DNA of 37,775 nucleotides from assembly GCA_013239625.1 (NCBI GenBank), contig MU054001.1, forward strand, positions 7,758,746 to 7,796,520, given 5' to 3'. This DNA comes from Lama guanicoe (Eukaryota). This document shows, piece after piece, positions 1-12,276 of the stretch (position 1 is its first letter; each line of letters starts with the position of its first letter). A model generated the notes under the pieces. That model had not been told where the DNA came from and did not search any database. It was given only the letters and a program-made list of their open reading frames with translations. The position numbers and the translations under genes are program-made.

Positions 1-77
1 ATTGTAGTATTTTCGATGACAGACTGATTATGGATAATCTGCAAACTTGGAAAGCAACCGAGATGGAATTACTGCAG
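1..77 (+). CDS. Candidate coding exon (3' part) of an unidentified gene
   Basis: Open frame from base 3: CSIFDDRLIMDNLQTWKATEMELLQ, ending at CAG|gtaact (phase 0). Protein not recognised. Confidence 0.3.
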
Positions 78-369
78 GTAACTTCAACTTTAATAAACCT
101 TGTGCAAACATAAACATGGAGGAAGCATACATTTGGATTTTGCGGTGTAGGGAAGGGTTTCTGCACATTATAGGAGAACGCAATGCAGAATTCCTTAAGT
201 CCACCTTTCTTTACTGTAGTGGTTACTGAGAACAGTTTATGGTAATTAACCAACATTGACAAACGGTGGCACACATTGCATTTAAGAGCTGGCCTGCTGC
301 AAACTTGGGTTTTGAATAGGTGGAATTCATAGGCAAGTGGTCAGGTGGATGGGAGAGAGATGGAGCCAA

Positions 370-570
370 AGCCTGGGACCAGATTCTGGTTTAAATCGCC
401 ATTTCCTCACCATAGGGCCTTGGAATAGAATGTAACCTCTCTTAACCTGTTGGTTGGTGAATCTGTGAAATGGAGATGATAATATTCGTTTCTTCCTGGG
501 ATTGTTGTAAGTTCTAAAGAATATTATAGCACACATGAAGCAGTTAACACACTGGCACTTAGCAGTGTTC
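370..570 (+). mobile_element. MIR SINE
   Basis: atctgtgaaatggagatgataata...gggattgttgtaagtt...ctggcacttagcagtgttca. Confidence 0.65.
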
Positions 571-2364
571 ACTGTTTGGGGCCGCCCTGCTTGGCGTGTG
601 TCAGAGCCATAAAGGCAGCATTTGTCTGTTGAGGATGCACTGGTAGCCCCTTGGCTAGGTTGTGAATTTGGTGATTTCCTTTAATCCTTGTAACTGTGTG
701 CCATGGGCAGTTAATTTTCATGGAGAGGAATCTCAGGGTACAAAAGACTGTGTAATTTGCCCAAAGTCAGACCATAATTTTGGGTGCAGGGGCCCTGGTT
801 CAGCATGGGCCCCTGGGCCTTCTGCCCTCTCCGTTCAGCACCAGAGCTAGATGTGGTGTCGACTGTTTCCCAGCCCAGAATTTCCAGCAGGTCGCAAGAC
901 ACAACTGGCCCTGTGCTGCTTGAGCAAAAACTCCGGAGAAGAGGCAGTTACAAAAGGGATAAGCATAAAAACAGATGACAGCAAACTGTGATCAGCTCTT
1001 AGAAGGAAAGGAACAGGCCTCGCCATGCAGAGCTGGGAGCTTTCCCGTCGGGCTGCTCTGGGGGCGTTCATCTCAGCTTAACAAACTCTGCTGCTGCACC
1101 AAGGCAGGAAGGCAGGGCGCGTGTGGCCAGGTAGACTGGGTCTCATTGATCATACTCATTCCCCATTAAGGGGCAGTTGTCACGGGCAATTACCTAGTAA
1201 ACAGTTGTTGGCCATAATCATCACGCACTTTGCTTGGTAGTTTTATTGGCCCCAACTTTGAGATGAGGTCATTGAAGCTGGGCAGTTTGCTGCATGCCCG
1301 TGATCACCTTGGAAATACCCCCACTGGTCTTTCAACATAGGCTGGTGTGGCTGTCATGCCCCAGCCCTGTGAATGGTATCATGTAGCTTCTCCCAAGTGG
1401 CCCAAATGACTGACATTGATATGCTTAATTCGAAGGAAATGGTATGTGACAATAAGAGAAAAAGGTAGTAAGAAATTGTTTGGAAAACTAGATAAAAACC
1501 AATACTTCCCAAGGTGGGGGAGCGTACCCTGTGTCACTCACCCCACTCAGTGCCTGTCACCTCCTCCCTGACGACTCCATGTTCAGAAGCCACTCTGAGC
1601 CTTTGAAGAACATTTTGCCTCATGACACTGTTGACTAGGACCTGCAACTTTTCTGTCCATGGTTAACTCTCTCTTCAAAGCCATTTAAATTTTATGGAGG
1701 CCACTCCTCTCAGATGTAAGAATAGCCTCTTTAAACTTCTTGATGCATCTCCTTAATGAAGATATTCCAAAGGAAACCTAGCCAAACCCTGGGAGGTATT
1801 CACATAGTGACTGTAACCTGAGCATTTTGTGACTTTCAGAATCAGAGGTGTGGGAGACTCAGGAAGGCCTTTTTAAGGTAGAAAGAGGAAAGTTAAAGTA
1901 TGCAGGCTGTGTGAGACTGAAACATCTCGGTCCCAGCCAGCAAGGCACCTGTGTTCAGAATGGTGTGTGGAGAGTGCAGAGTTCTCACAAAGAAAGAATA
2001 GGTGGGATGGGAGGGAGGACTTTTAGGTACTTGGGAGGGAAAAAGTGGGCTGAACATTTCCTGGTTGAACAAGAGGATTGTGACATGATGTGCTTGTATT
2101 TTGGAGAGAAGGATTTTGTGGAGCCAGGCCTAGGGAGAACGCTCTCTGGCTGGGGAGTCAGCACAACAAAACACACAGAAAACCAAACAGACTCTAGGGA
2201 CCCTCCTGGGGGAGAGGCTGCATGCCAATTGAAGCCCTGGAAGCTGCTTCTGTCCCTTAGCTGGGGCCTCAGAGCTCCCTTCACAACCCAGTCCTGTTGA
2301 TACAAGAAAAAATACAAGGGGCATGAGAAGGGCTGTGTCCCAGGCTTTGGTTGAGCCCCTGGGA

Positions 2365-2922
2365 TGTGCCCCACCAGATTTTGTTTCTTGGCTTCGTGCA
2401 GTAAAGAATTCAAGAGCAAGCCAGTGTTGAGTAAAGGTAGATTTATTCAGAGAGATACATTGAAAGGCAAGAGAAACGTCACGAGTTGTGAGGGTTGTGT
2501 GCTCTGATTAAAAGTAGATACACACTCCACAGACTGAGTGTGGGTCTTCTCAGAAGAGGGAGAGAGAGTGGTGACCGCGAGGTGGCGCTGTGTTGCTCGT
2601 TTTCTTGGGATTGGTGGTTTCATATGCTAATAAGTAGAGGGACCCGCCTTAGGGCAAGGAGATGGGATTCCCAGGGAGTTGGCCATTTCCCACCCTGTGA
2701 CATTTTGTGGCTTGCCTTAGATTTACCTTGTTGCCTGGGGGCGTGTTATTCACCATGTTACTATTACAAAGGGTGTTTAATGAAGCTCAAGATCTGCTAG
2801 AAGTTAAATCTCTTCATCCTGAGCCTCAAGGCCTATTGGGGGTTGAATCCTTCACCATTCTGATGTTAATTGCTGTGGACTTCCTTTAATGCCTGTGCTT
2901 TGCCCCCTTCCATCCTGTCTCA
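2365..2922 (-). mobile_element. Solo LTR of an endogenous retrovirus (ERV1-like appearance)
   Basis: TG...CA termini flanked by direct repeat ctggga (2359-2364, 2923-2928). Minus-strand AATAAA near 2445. The cttggcttcgtgcagtaaagaattcaagagc segment resembles the U5 end of ERV1 LTRs. Confidence 0.8.
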
Positions 2923-3108
2923 CTGGGATGACACAGAGAGAGCAAAGGCAGAGCCCTGCCTGTGCTCCTGCATTTAAGAGCATGAGGTGTGGGGTGGGCT
3001 GAGAATGACTCTGAGTGGTGAGAAGGATGTTTCAGATTTTCCCACGTGAGACATGGGGACCTGCCAGCAGCCATCGCAGATTTATCTCACGGGTATTATC
3101 CCTAGTGT

Positions 3109-3515
3109 TGTTACGGAAACAGGCCAGCCAAGAAACATGCACCACTCAGAGGGCAAGAGTACTGATATTTATTACGCCGGCGGGCTCAGAGGGGCTTCTG
3201 TTCCGAAGCTCTGAGCACCTCCAAGACCTGCACATGAGGTTTTATAGGGTTAATTACAAGTATGGGGCTATTAGCCAATAAGGCTCAAACAACAAAAAGC
3301 AAGGAATCAGTACACTGAAGCTTATCAATTTGGAACAAATCACGTTACTGACAACTGTTGAGCTTGGATTTACGAGTTAGCTTGTTGGCCCAGTAAAATG
3401 ACAGTAAATTTCAGATTTACGAGTTAGCCCAGGAGAACTCAGATCAGTAAACTGACAGTTATCACACTTAGACTTGTAACTTAGGTTGTTAGCCCAGCTG
3501 GGCTTTTCCTTCACA
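3109..3515 (-). mobile_element. Solo LTR, family A copy 1 (ERV1-type, 4-bp TSD)
   Basis: TGTTACGG...CCTTCACA with TSD gtgt (3105-3108, 3516-3519). Minus-strand TATAAAA and AATAAA. Near-identical to copies at 12795 and 37154. Confidence 0.93.
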
Positions 3516-3536
3516 GTGTCAATCATCTTTTTCTTT

Positions 3537-3728
3537 CTTTTTTTTTTTTTAAGTATTTAATCCAAATTTATTATCAGGTTTTTTTCTCGGAACGAAATTT
3601 CTCTTTTTCTTTTCTTTGGGGGTCTTTTGTGGGGGTAGATAATTAGGTGTATTTATCTGTTTGTGGAGGCCCTGGGGCTTGAACCCAGGGCCCCGTGCAC
3701 GCTAAGCACACGCTCTACCACCCGCTTC
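3537..3728 (-). mobile_element. Retroposed insert: 5'-truncated SINE plus extra 3' sequence, AATAAA and poly(A)
   Basis: 15-bp TSD atcatctttttcttt (3522-3536, 3729-3743). SINE body about 3630-3722. tttatt at 3567-3572 and T13 at 3538-3550. Confidence 0.85.
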
Positions 3729-4074
3729 ATCATCTTTTTCTTTTTGCTTTAGCTGCCAAGAATCTTACAGCTGCATTTCTAGTCGGCCTTTAACACTTGC
3801 CCTGAGTTCATGGAATCAATTTTTATGGCTTTACCTCCTTCTGCTTTCATTTAATTATTGAATCTCCATTTTCTCTTCACTCTCAGTTTTGTCTTCTTTT
3901 TGTTATGGTTGTTAAGCTGTGTTTAAAAAAATTCTTTAATTTCTCTTTTAGCAGGAGCCTGAAAGTAAATAAATATGTAAACAAACAGCACACTTAAATG
4001 CTTTTATACATTCTAAGCTGTTTAGTAGTTACTTAAAAACCAAATTGAATATTAAAGTGATAACATTTTTAAAT

Positions 4075-4238
4075 TATTTTTTAATTTTTTATAGAGGTAT
4101 AGCTGATTTAAAATATGATATAAGTTTCAGGTGTAAAATAGATGCTCCATTTATAGTTACTGTAAAACATTGGCTGTATTCCCTGTGTTGAAAGATACAT
4201 CCCTCTAATGTGTTTACATTACATGTTGCAGTTTGTAT
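4075..4238 (-). mobile_element. L1 3' end fragment
   Basis: ttttatagaggtatagctgatttaaaatatgatataagtttcaggtgta...ttggctgtattccctgtgttg. Confidence 0.7.
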
Positions 4239-4504
4239 AAGAAAGTTGGGTAACACAGAGTCTGGGACTTGGCTCTGTGACCCACGTTCACGCTCACCCT
4301 GCCTGTCAGTGCTCAGGCCCTCACTGCTGTCTGCAGGGGAGCGAGTGAAGGCAGCTCTCTTCGGCCCTGGCACCACCCTCTGAGTGGCAGTGACAGCAGT
4401 GACTGTGTGTGGACATGCAAAGTGTTATTCCAAGAGCTTTACATGCGTTTCTGCATTTAATAATTAAAGCCCTCCTGTGATGAAGCGTTTTATGTTTTTA
4501 ATGT

Positions 4505-4699
4505 ATAATACATTTTATTTTGATATTGACAGACTTCAAACCTCCGGAAAATTTACAGGAGTAGTACAATAAACGCTTAGATACAGTTCACATAAAAGGG
4601 CACTATTTTTTGTGTCTGGCTTATTTTAGCATGAAGTTTCAAGGTTCATCCATATTGTAGCCTGAATCAGTAATATATTCTTTTGGTTTGATAATATTC
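4505..4699 (-). mobile_element. Old L1M 3' end fragment (left part of interrupted element)
   Basis: tgtgtctggcttattttagcatgaagtttcaaggttcatccatattgtagc is typical antisense L1M 3' sequence. Confidence 0.7.
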
Positions 4700-6187
4700 T
4701 TTTTCTTTTTTTTCGTTTTTGGTCTATTTAAAAATATTTTCATTGAAGTCTAGTCAGTTTATAATGTTGTGTCAGTTTCTTGTGTACAGCACAACACTTC
4801 AGTTACATAGGAGCATACCTGTATTCATTTTCATATTATTTTTCAACATAAGTTACAATAAGATATTAAATATATTCTCCTGTGCTATACAGTATAAACT
4901 TGCTGTTTATTCTATACATACTCATTATCTGAAAATCTTGAACTCCCAATTTATTCCTTCCCACATCCTCTCCCCTCTGGTAACCATAGTTTGGTTTCTA
5001 TGTCTCAGTGTCTGTTTCTGTTCTGTAGATAAGATAATCTTTTTGTTTCTTTGTTTTCATTTTTGTTTTTGTTTTTGTTTTTAGATTCCACATGTGAGCG
5101 ATCTCATATTGTATTTTTCTTTCTCTTTCTGGGTTATTTCACTTAGAATGACTTTCTCCAGGTCCATTGATGTTGCTGCAAATGGCATTAATTTATTCTT
5201 ATTTTATGGCTGAATAGTAGTCTATTGTAGAAATATACTACAACCTCTTTATCCAGTCATCTGTCAGTGGACATTTAGGTTGTTTCCATGTCTTGCTATT
5301 GTAAATAGTGCTGCTGTGAACATTGGGGTGAAGGTGCCTTTTTGAATTACGGATCCTTCTGGATATATGCCGAGGAGTGGGATTGCTGGGTCATATGGGA
5401 GGTCAATTTTTTGTCTTTTGAGGAACCTTTATACAGTTTTCCACAATGGCTCCACCAAACTGCATTCCCACCACAGTGTAGGAGGGTTCCCAATTCTCCG
5501 CAGCCTCTCCAGAATTTACTGTCTGTGAACTTCTGAATGATGGCTATTCCGACTGGTGAGAGGTGATGCTTGATTGCAGTTTTGATTTGCATTTCTCTGA
5601 TAATGATATTGAGAATTTTCTCATGTGCATTTTGGCCATTTGTATGTCTTCACTGGAGAAATGTTTCTTTAGGACTTCTGCCCATTTTTGAATTGAATTG
5701 TTTGTTTATCTTTCTTATTAAGTGTAAAAGCGGTTTACATATTCTGGGAATTATGCCCTTGTCAGTTTCATTTATTGCAACTATTTGCTCCCAGCCCAAC
5801 ATAGGTTGTCTTTTTGTTTTGCTTTTTGTTTCCTTTGTTCTGCAAAAGCTTGTAAGTTTAATTAGATCCCACTTGTATATTTTTGCTTGTATTTCTATTG
5901 CTTGAGTAGACTGCTCTAAGAAAACATTGCTGAGATGCATGTCAGATGTTTTGCCTATGATTTCTTCTAAGAAGTTTATAGTGTCTTGTCCACATGTTTA
6001 AGACTTTAAGCTAGTTTAAATTCATTTTTATGTATGCTGTGAGGGAGTAATCTAACTTCATTGATTTACATGCAGCTGTCCAGTTTTCCCTACACCATTT
6101 GCTGAAGAGGCTGTCTTTACTCCATTGTATGTTCTCACATCCTTTGTCAAAGATTCAATTACCAAAAGATTGTGGGATTATTCTTGG
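4700..6187 (-). mobile_element. 5'-truncated LINE-1 (3' UTR plus decayed ORF2 C-terminus), nested in an older L1M
   Basis: Poly(T) tail at about 4700-4720. Minus-strand ORFs EIQAKIYKWDLIKLTSFCRTKET and [21 protein letters not shown]...CGELGTLLHCGGN match the L1 ORF2 C-terminus. Confidence 0.93.
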
Positions 6188-6309
6188 AAAATTTGTTTAT
6201 CCGTTCATTGATGGATATTGTTTGTAACTTTTGGCTACTTTGAATGATACTTCTATGAATATTGATGTGCAAGTTTTTGTGAGAACATGTTTTCTTTCTT
6301 TTGGCTGCA

Positions 6310-6449
6310 CAGTTGACCCGCCATATCTGTAGTTTCCACTACATGGATCCAGATGGCTGATTGTAAAGGGACTCAAACATCCTTTGATTTTGGTATCCAT
6401 GGTGGGGAGTTCCTGAATCCAACTCCCTGAGGATACTGAGGGATGACTC
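6310..6449 (-). mobile_element. Internally deleted MER2-like TcMar-Tigger MITE
   Basis: Ends cagttgacccgccatatc and ggatactgagggatgactc are degenerate TIRs. Internal aagggactcaaacatcctttgattttggtatcc matches recalled MER2. Confidence 0.75.
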
Positions 6450-6853
6450 TATATGTAGGAATGGAATTGCTGAGCCATATGACTCTAAGCTTTTGAGGAA
6501 ACACCAGACTTCTGCAAAGAAGCTACACCATTGTCCCTTTCCACTGGCCGCATATGAGGTTCCCCTGCCTCCTGAACGACACTTGTTATTGTCCATGTTT
6601 TGATTATAACCATCCTAGTGGGTGTAAAATGAGATGTCATTTTGATTTTGATTTGGTTAGTGATGCTGAACATTTTTTCATATGCTTATTGGCCATCTGT
6701 ACATCTATTTAAATTCATGGTAAATTTAAAAATTGGGTCTATTTTCTTGTATTGTTCAGTTGTAAGCATTTGTTATATAACCTGGGTACTATTCTCTTAT
6801 TAGATACATGCTTTGCAAAATTTTTCTCCTATTCTGCATATTGTCCTTTCACT

Positions 6854-6969
6854 ATAGTTTTTTTAAACATTAAAAACAATTTCTTTATAGGGGAGGTAAT
6901 TAGATGTATTGATTTATTTTATTTTTCTTGCTAAGCACACACTCTATCACTTGAGATATCCCCTTCCCC
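6854..6969 (-). mobile_element. tRNA-derived camelid-type SINE with internal deletion
   Basis: ggggaggtaattag...tgctaagcacacactctatcacttgagatatcccttcccc. 12-bp TSD tgtc(c/a)tttcact at 6842-6853 and 6970-6981. Confidence 0.75.
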
Positions 6970-9029
6970 TGTCATTTCACTTTCTTGATGATGTCCTTTG
7001 CAACAAAAAGGTTTTAATTTTGATGATGTCCAGTTTATCTGGTTTTTTCTTCTATCACTTGTGCTCTTCGTACTGTATCTAGGAAACCAAAGCCTATCAT
7101 AAGACCACAAAGATTTATACTGTGTCTTCTTTTAGAAAATTTATAGGTTTAGTTTTACATTTCTGTCTGAGATCTATTTTGAATTAATTTTTAATTGTTA
7201 TATAAAATATGGGGGTCCAGATTCCAGATTGATTCTTTTGCCTGCAGATACCCAGCTGTCCCTGTACCATTTGTTGTATAGACTATACTTTCAATGGAGT
7301 GTTGTTGGCACCCTTGCGGAAAACTGTCTGTAAATGTAAGTTTTTTCCCCCTGGGGTATTATTGTGTCTCATAGATTTATTTATCCAAACTTATGCCAGT
7401 ACCATACTGACTTGTGTACTATAGCTTTTTAGTACCATTTAAATTGAGTCCTCAAACTTTACTATACTTTTTCAAGGTTGTTGTGGCTGTCCTGGGCCCC
7501 TTGCACGTCCATATGAAATTTGGGATCATTTTTTCAATTTTTGCAAAGAAGTCAGCTGGAATTTTTATAGGGATTCCACTGAATATGTAGATCACTTTGG
7601 GGAGTCTTAACATTTTGGATAATATTGTCTATCATTCCATGAAAATGGGATGTCTTCCATATATGTAGATCTTTTCAAATTTATTTTGGTGATACTTCAA
7701 AATGTTCAATGTACAAATCTTGTAAATTTTTGTTAAATGTATCTCTCATTTTATTTTTAATGCTGTTCTAAATGGAAAGGCTGAGTTTCTTATGGGTGGG
7801 ACTATATATCAATCTTCTTACTTCTAGAATTCCTTCACAGCAAATACCCTAGGTTCATATTTGCTACATAAATCTATACACAACTATTTCCCACCTCGTG
7901 TTATAAGAAACCAAGACCCAAGTTAAGCTACCTGAACACCTATGTGGAAGTGAGAAATGAGGCCCTTGGGTGAGGCTTTGTGCAGATGATACTGAGAGTT
8001 ATTCAGGATGGCTTCTTCTTAATTTCTTTTAAACAACCCTTTCGGTGTATTTAGTCAGATACATTGAGAACATGCACTTTTGATGTGCAGAGGAGCTAAG
8101 ACTATCATTTCAAAATAACTTCTAGTGAGAGTGTTGTACTTGAAACCTAATTTGCATCAATCTTTGAAGATTTATGTTTCAGGAGCTTTGACTAAAGAAC
8201 ACCTGTCTTTATTCAATAACGACAACTAAAAGCTCAAGCAACATGTAAGAGTTTGAGCAAACTGCCCCCGCCCCGTATTGCTGGTTGGCTGCAGCTGTAA
8301 CTGGAGTCAGCGCTTACCTCTCCCAGTAAGCTTGTGCTGAACAGCTCAAAGGGGTTCATCCAACAGTTTGTCAGTAGTCTGTTGGACAAAGTCATAAAAC
8401 ATTGATTGAAGTTTGCTGTAATGACATATATTCTTATTAATATTAAGTAAGCACATATTGAGTGCCTACTGTATGATGGAATTGTCCCTCAGCCTCACAT
8501 GCATATTATTTCTCTTAAAACCTCACATATTTCCTTGTTATTCTCACTTTACAGATAAGGAGACTGAGAATTATGTCTTCTCTCTTTTGGAGGGAGCGCA
8601 TTATCAATGACGGGAATTTGTAAGGAAAAAGATATTGATTCATCCTGAGAAAACATTTTTCTGAGAGGTAGCAATGAAGAAGATGAACACTGAAGAAGGT
8701 AATCATTGTTCGAGTGAGACAAGCCCTGGGTTATACGAAGTCATCAACCGTGTCCTGGTCACGGCACGTGTAGAGATGCGTGGTGGGTGAGGCGGCGCGG
8801 CTGCACAGGGAACACGGGTGCCGGGCCGTTGGGCCGTGCTCAGGCCCGGTGGGGCTTTCTCTTAAGGGCAGTGGACCGTCCTTGACAGATTTTAAGTAGG
8901 GGAGTGGGGTGCTCTCGTAGTTCACTTTTGTCTTTTAGAATGCTTGGAAACATTTAGAAGGCTTGGCAGGAGGTGATGTGATGAGTCAGAGTAGGGTGGT
9001 TGCCAAGTGTAGCAGTGTTCAGTTTTCAA

Positions 9030-9225
9030 GTGATTTTCAGTCCCAAGTTTGTGGCTCAGTAGCCATGTCACTTTGGATGATGCACTCAAGGAAGTGAAAC
9101 AATTTATCTAATCAATTGAAGCAGTGATGTACCCATTTCCCAGGACCGTTGTGGAGATCCAGTGAGATAACGTGTGCACAGTGTGCAGCGTGGTCCCCAG
9201 CACAGAGTCAGTGCTGAGTGAGTAC
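9030..9225 (+). mobile_element. MIR SINE
   Basis: caggaccgttgtggagatccagtgagataacgtgtgcacagtg...cagcacagagtcagtgct. Confidence 0.6.
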
Positions 9226-9653
9226 CAGTGAGTACCTTGTAAGTCAGGTGAGGGTGGTGGGACTCGGTGACTGAGGATATCTGGGCCCTGAAGGAGGAGT
9301 CCATTCACATCTGTGAGTTATGGGCCTGAGTTGGGAGAGGCAGGGAGACCTTACCCCCCGACAAGGGGACCTGGGCAGGGCGGCTATGGGAGGAGCACCA
9401 TGAAGTCAGCTCTGTGCAGGTGGAGTTGGAGGTGCCCTTGAGATATCTAAGTGCAGTGTCACGAGCTCATAGAGGAAGTCTGGACCTGGGCTGTACATTT
9501 TCCCATAATCTCAAACCCTGAGGAGGCCGAAGTATTGATCACTGAACGTTAAGACATACTTTAGAGGACAAATAAATAGTAGTAGTATCATCTCTGTCAT
9601 CAAAGCTCACGTCTCTTTATTCATCACTCACTTTGCTAACTGGGTACTTACAG

Positions 9654-9703
9654 AGATCACTTCAAAGTTCTCTCCTGGGCCCAGGCTCCACAGAAAAGAG
9701 CTG
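9654..9703 (+). CDS. Candidate 50-nt internal exon of an unidentified gene
   Basis: Branch-like gctaac, acceptor ttacag|, strong donor CTG|gtgagt. Reads RSLQSSLLGPGSTEKS(W); all three frames are open. Confidence 0.3.
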
Positions 9704-10984
9704 GTGAGTCTCCCTCTTTTCCAGAAGAAGACACATTTAGCTGGTAGAATTCTGTACCTTCCCAGACTTAGGATATTAGTTTGTTATATTAATTCTATTT
9801 TCTGTTGGCCATTTCCTGACAGGAGAAACATTTTACCTCATGGACATGTTTCAATTAGCTGTTACTGAGAATTGCTGATCTGATCCATAGTGTATGTATT
9901 ATATTAACTTTGAAGAATAGTTATCATTTTTCTGTATTTGCCCTTTAATTTTGTTTGCCCCTTCAATGTTCTATGCTATTTGGGGCCATATTTTTTTTAA
10001 TTAAAAAATGTATGTTAACAGTTAAGAAAGCAAAAGCAAAGATAAAATGCACATGAGAGCTAAATTTAGAAAATGTCTAGTGTGTTTCCTTTCTCGTCAA
10101 TGGAGGGTTCTAGAAACTCGTGAAAACCTTCATTATACAAGTTCCTTAAAATGCTGATTAAGAAATAAAACCTTACTTCCTCATCTTTCAAGCTGCACAA
10201 CTAATTGTCAAGAAAGGGAGGGGAAATCCTCAGAAGCCAAGACAAACGTGAAAACAGGGATTCTGGGAGATACGTGAGCCTTAGAAGCCCTGGGGTGCTG
10301 GTTGGCTCCTGAACTGATTTTCAGTTGCCTTGACAGGAGTGCAGGAGGTGAGACCCAGGCCTCTCACACTGGGAGTTGGATGCCTGATTATATTATCGGC
10401 CAAGCCCATCCCGAGAATCTTGGTTTACTAAAGGGTGTAATAGGAAAAAATAATTCCTCAAGGCAAGAAATTAAGGAAAGTCAATTTTGTTGGAAGAGGG
10501 GAAAAATAACAAATCCAAAGTAAGGATATAATTTAAAGTTGTTCTGGCATTAGAGTGACCACAAACACCTGGCAGAAAAGCACAGATACTCCTTGATTGA
10601 TAAGTTGTGTTTTGAATGAATCAGTGAACAGCCATTCTGAAAAAGGCCTCCAGAGTCTTGTGGATCAAGATACTGGACAGCAAACACCTCCCTTCCAAGG
10701 TCTCATTCAAATAACCAGAAAGGTTTTAAAGGAAAGAAGCCATAATCATAGATCTATTTATTAACAGTTCTATATGCTACGAATTCAGAGGTGACTATGT
10801 AGTTGTCTCCTCTATTATGGACCTTACTTTCTCTTTGGGGAGACAAAATGACATAGTTGGTAATCTTGGTGGAGGGAGGTGTTAGTCTGTTGCAATTAGC
10901 CAGGAGAGGAGATTAAGAAAACAGTGAAGGGTGGGTGATCTTTTTAGCTGAGGACAGTCTTGTTCACTTGGCTTTTAATTGCAG

Positions 10985-11063
10985 GCTCAATGAGCTGTCA
11001 CTGGAGGGAATAGATCTTACGGATGATGGACATAGCTCAGGCCTCTTTGGAATGGGCAAGTGA
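10985..11063 (+). CDS. Candidate terminal coding exon of an unidentified gene
   Basis: Acceptor cttttaattgcag|. Phase-2 continuation (W)LNELSLEGIDLTDDGHSSGLFGMGK*. AATAAA downstream at 11772 and 11930. Confidence 0.28.
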
Positions 11064-11840
11064 ACCTTGAGAAAGACACTCAAATCTGTGAAGATATTAA
11101 AGTTCACTTGAACGTGCCCCATCCCTGAGCCAAAGATAGGACAATATGCAGCACTTCTTGAGGACAGAGGAGTGGTTTTTAAAGTTCTCCAAGAATGAAT
11201 CCCAGGGAACCGAGACGGCCAGTTGTCAAACTGAGACTTTGTTCTTTGGACGGTGCACCGACCAAGGGTATTGGCCTTTTATATGTTTCCATTTCTCTTT
11301 AATACATGTCTGTTGATGAGGACGTGGGCATAAGTGTTTGACACCTTGTCGAGGCGACTTTGGGTACCTGCCTAGAAGCACGGGCACAGTTGTGGCTTCG
11401 TCATACATATTGCAGCCCATCCCTTTCCCCGGCTCTGTGATCACGGCAGAGTGGTTCCTTGTTGACCAGACCGTCTCCTCTGTGACATCATAACCCATGA
11501 AAAGACAGGAGCGTATTAACTTGGCTTTGTTAAAGTCAAAGGAACAGATCAAATATGGAGTAGGATTTGTTATTTCCTATTTCAGTAGTGCCATGGAGAA
11601 GGCACTTTGGGCAGCTTTTTGTAGTGTCCTGGAGGCTTTCTCTCTCAGCTTCTGGGCGTCTCTATTGAAAATCCTTCATAGCTTTCTGATCTGCTGGAAA
11701 AGCACTCCTCCTATTTTGCCCTGAAGATGTGTTCTGTTTATAACTCATCTCTACTCCTTGGAAAACAACTCAATAAAAACTCAGTTGGTTTTCCACCAGC
11801 CATGGGCAGGGGTGAGGAATACCGTGTGATTATTTCATAA

Positions 11841-11890
11841 AATAATAATAATAATAATAAAAGTAATAATAATAATAATTAATAATAAAA
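11841..11890. repeat. Imperfect (AAT)n microsatellite
   Basis: aataataataataataataaaagtaataataataataattaataataaaa. Confidence 0.9.
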
Positions 11891-12276
11891 AGAAGTCTTA
11901 AAACAACACTGAGCACATCGCAGAGAGTCAATAAATGTATTCTGGCTTAAATCAAAAGTGATGACTCAGTGATTCCATGGCTGCTGTACTTGCTAAGCTA
12001 GTTACTCCTTTGCTGCATTACACTTTTTTTTTAACTGAAAAAGTAATACAAGCAAATGGTTTAAAAAACTCAAACAGAGCACAAAAATACACAAGTGAAA
12101 GAAGTTTTCCCTCATCCTGTTTTCTTTCAGCCCTCTGTGGAGATGGCACTGTTTACTATCCTTTGGGTGCTTTTCCAGATATGCTTTGCACATTCCCACC
12201 TATGTATGTAAATTCCTTTAACGTTTTAGTTATTTTTAACTTAAAGGGATTTAAATCCTCAAGTGGCTTCTGCCCG

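Larger units (their letters stand above)
6190..7780 (-). mobile_element. Old L1M (ORF2 3' region), interrupted by MER2 and a SINE
   Basis: Typical antisense L1 sequence (ttgtttatccgttcattgatggatattg; tttttcatatgcttattggccatctgta; atgccagtaccatactg). ORF fragment HFTPTRMVIIK. Confidence 0.85.

Noticed and set aside
8055..8698. Exon-like segments at 8055-8124, 8183-8244 and about 8592-8698
   Set aside because: All contain stops or frameshifts, one implied intron is only 58 nt, and there is no recognisable homology. Decayed exons cannot be excluded.
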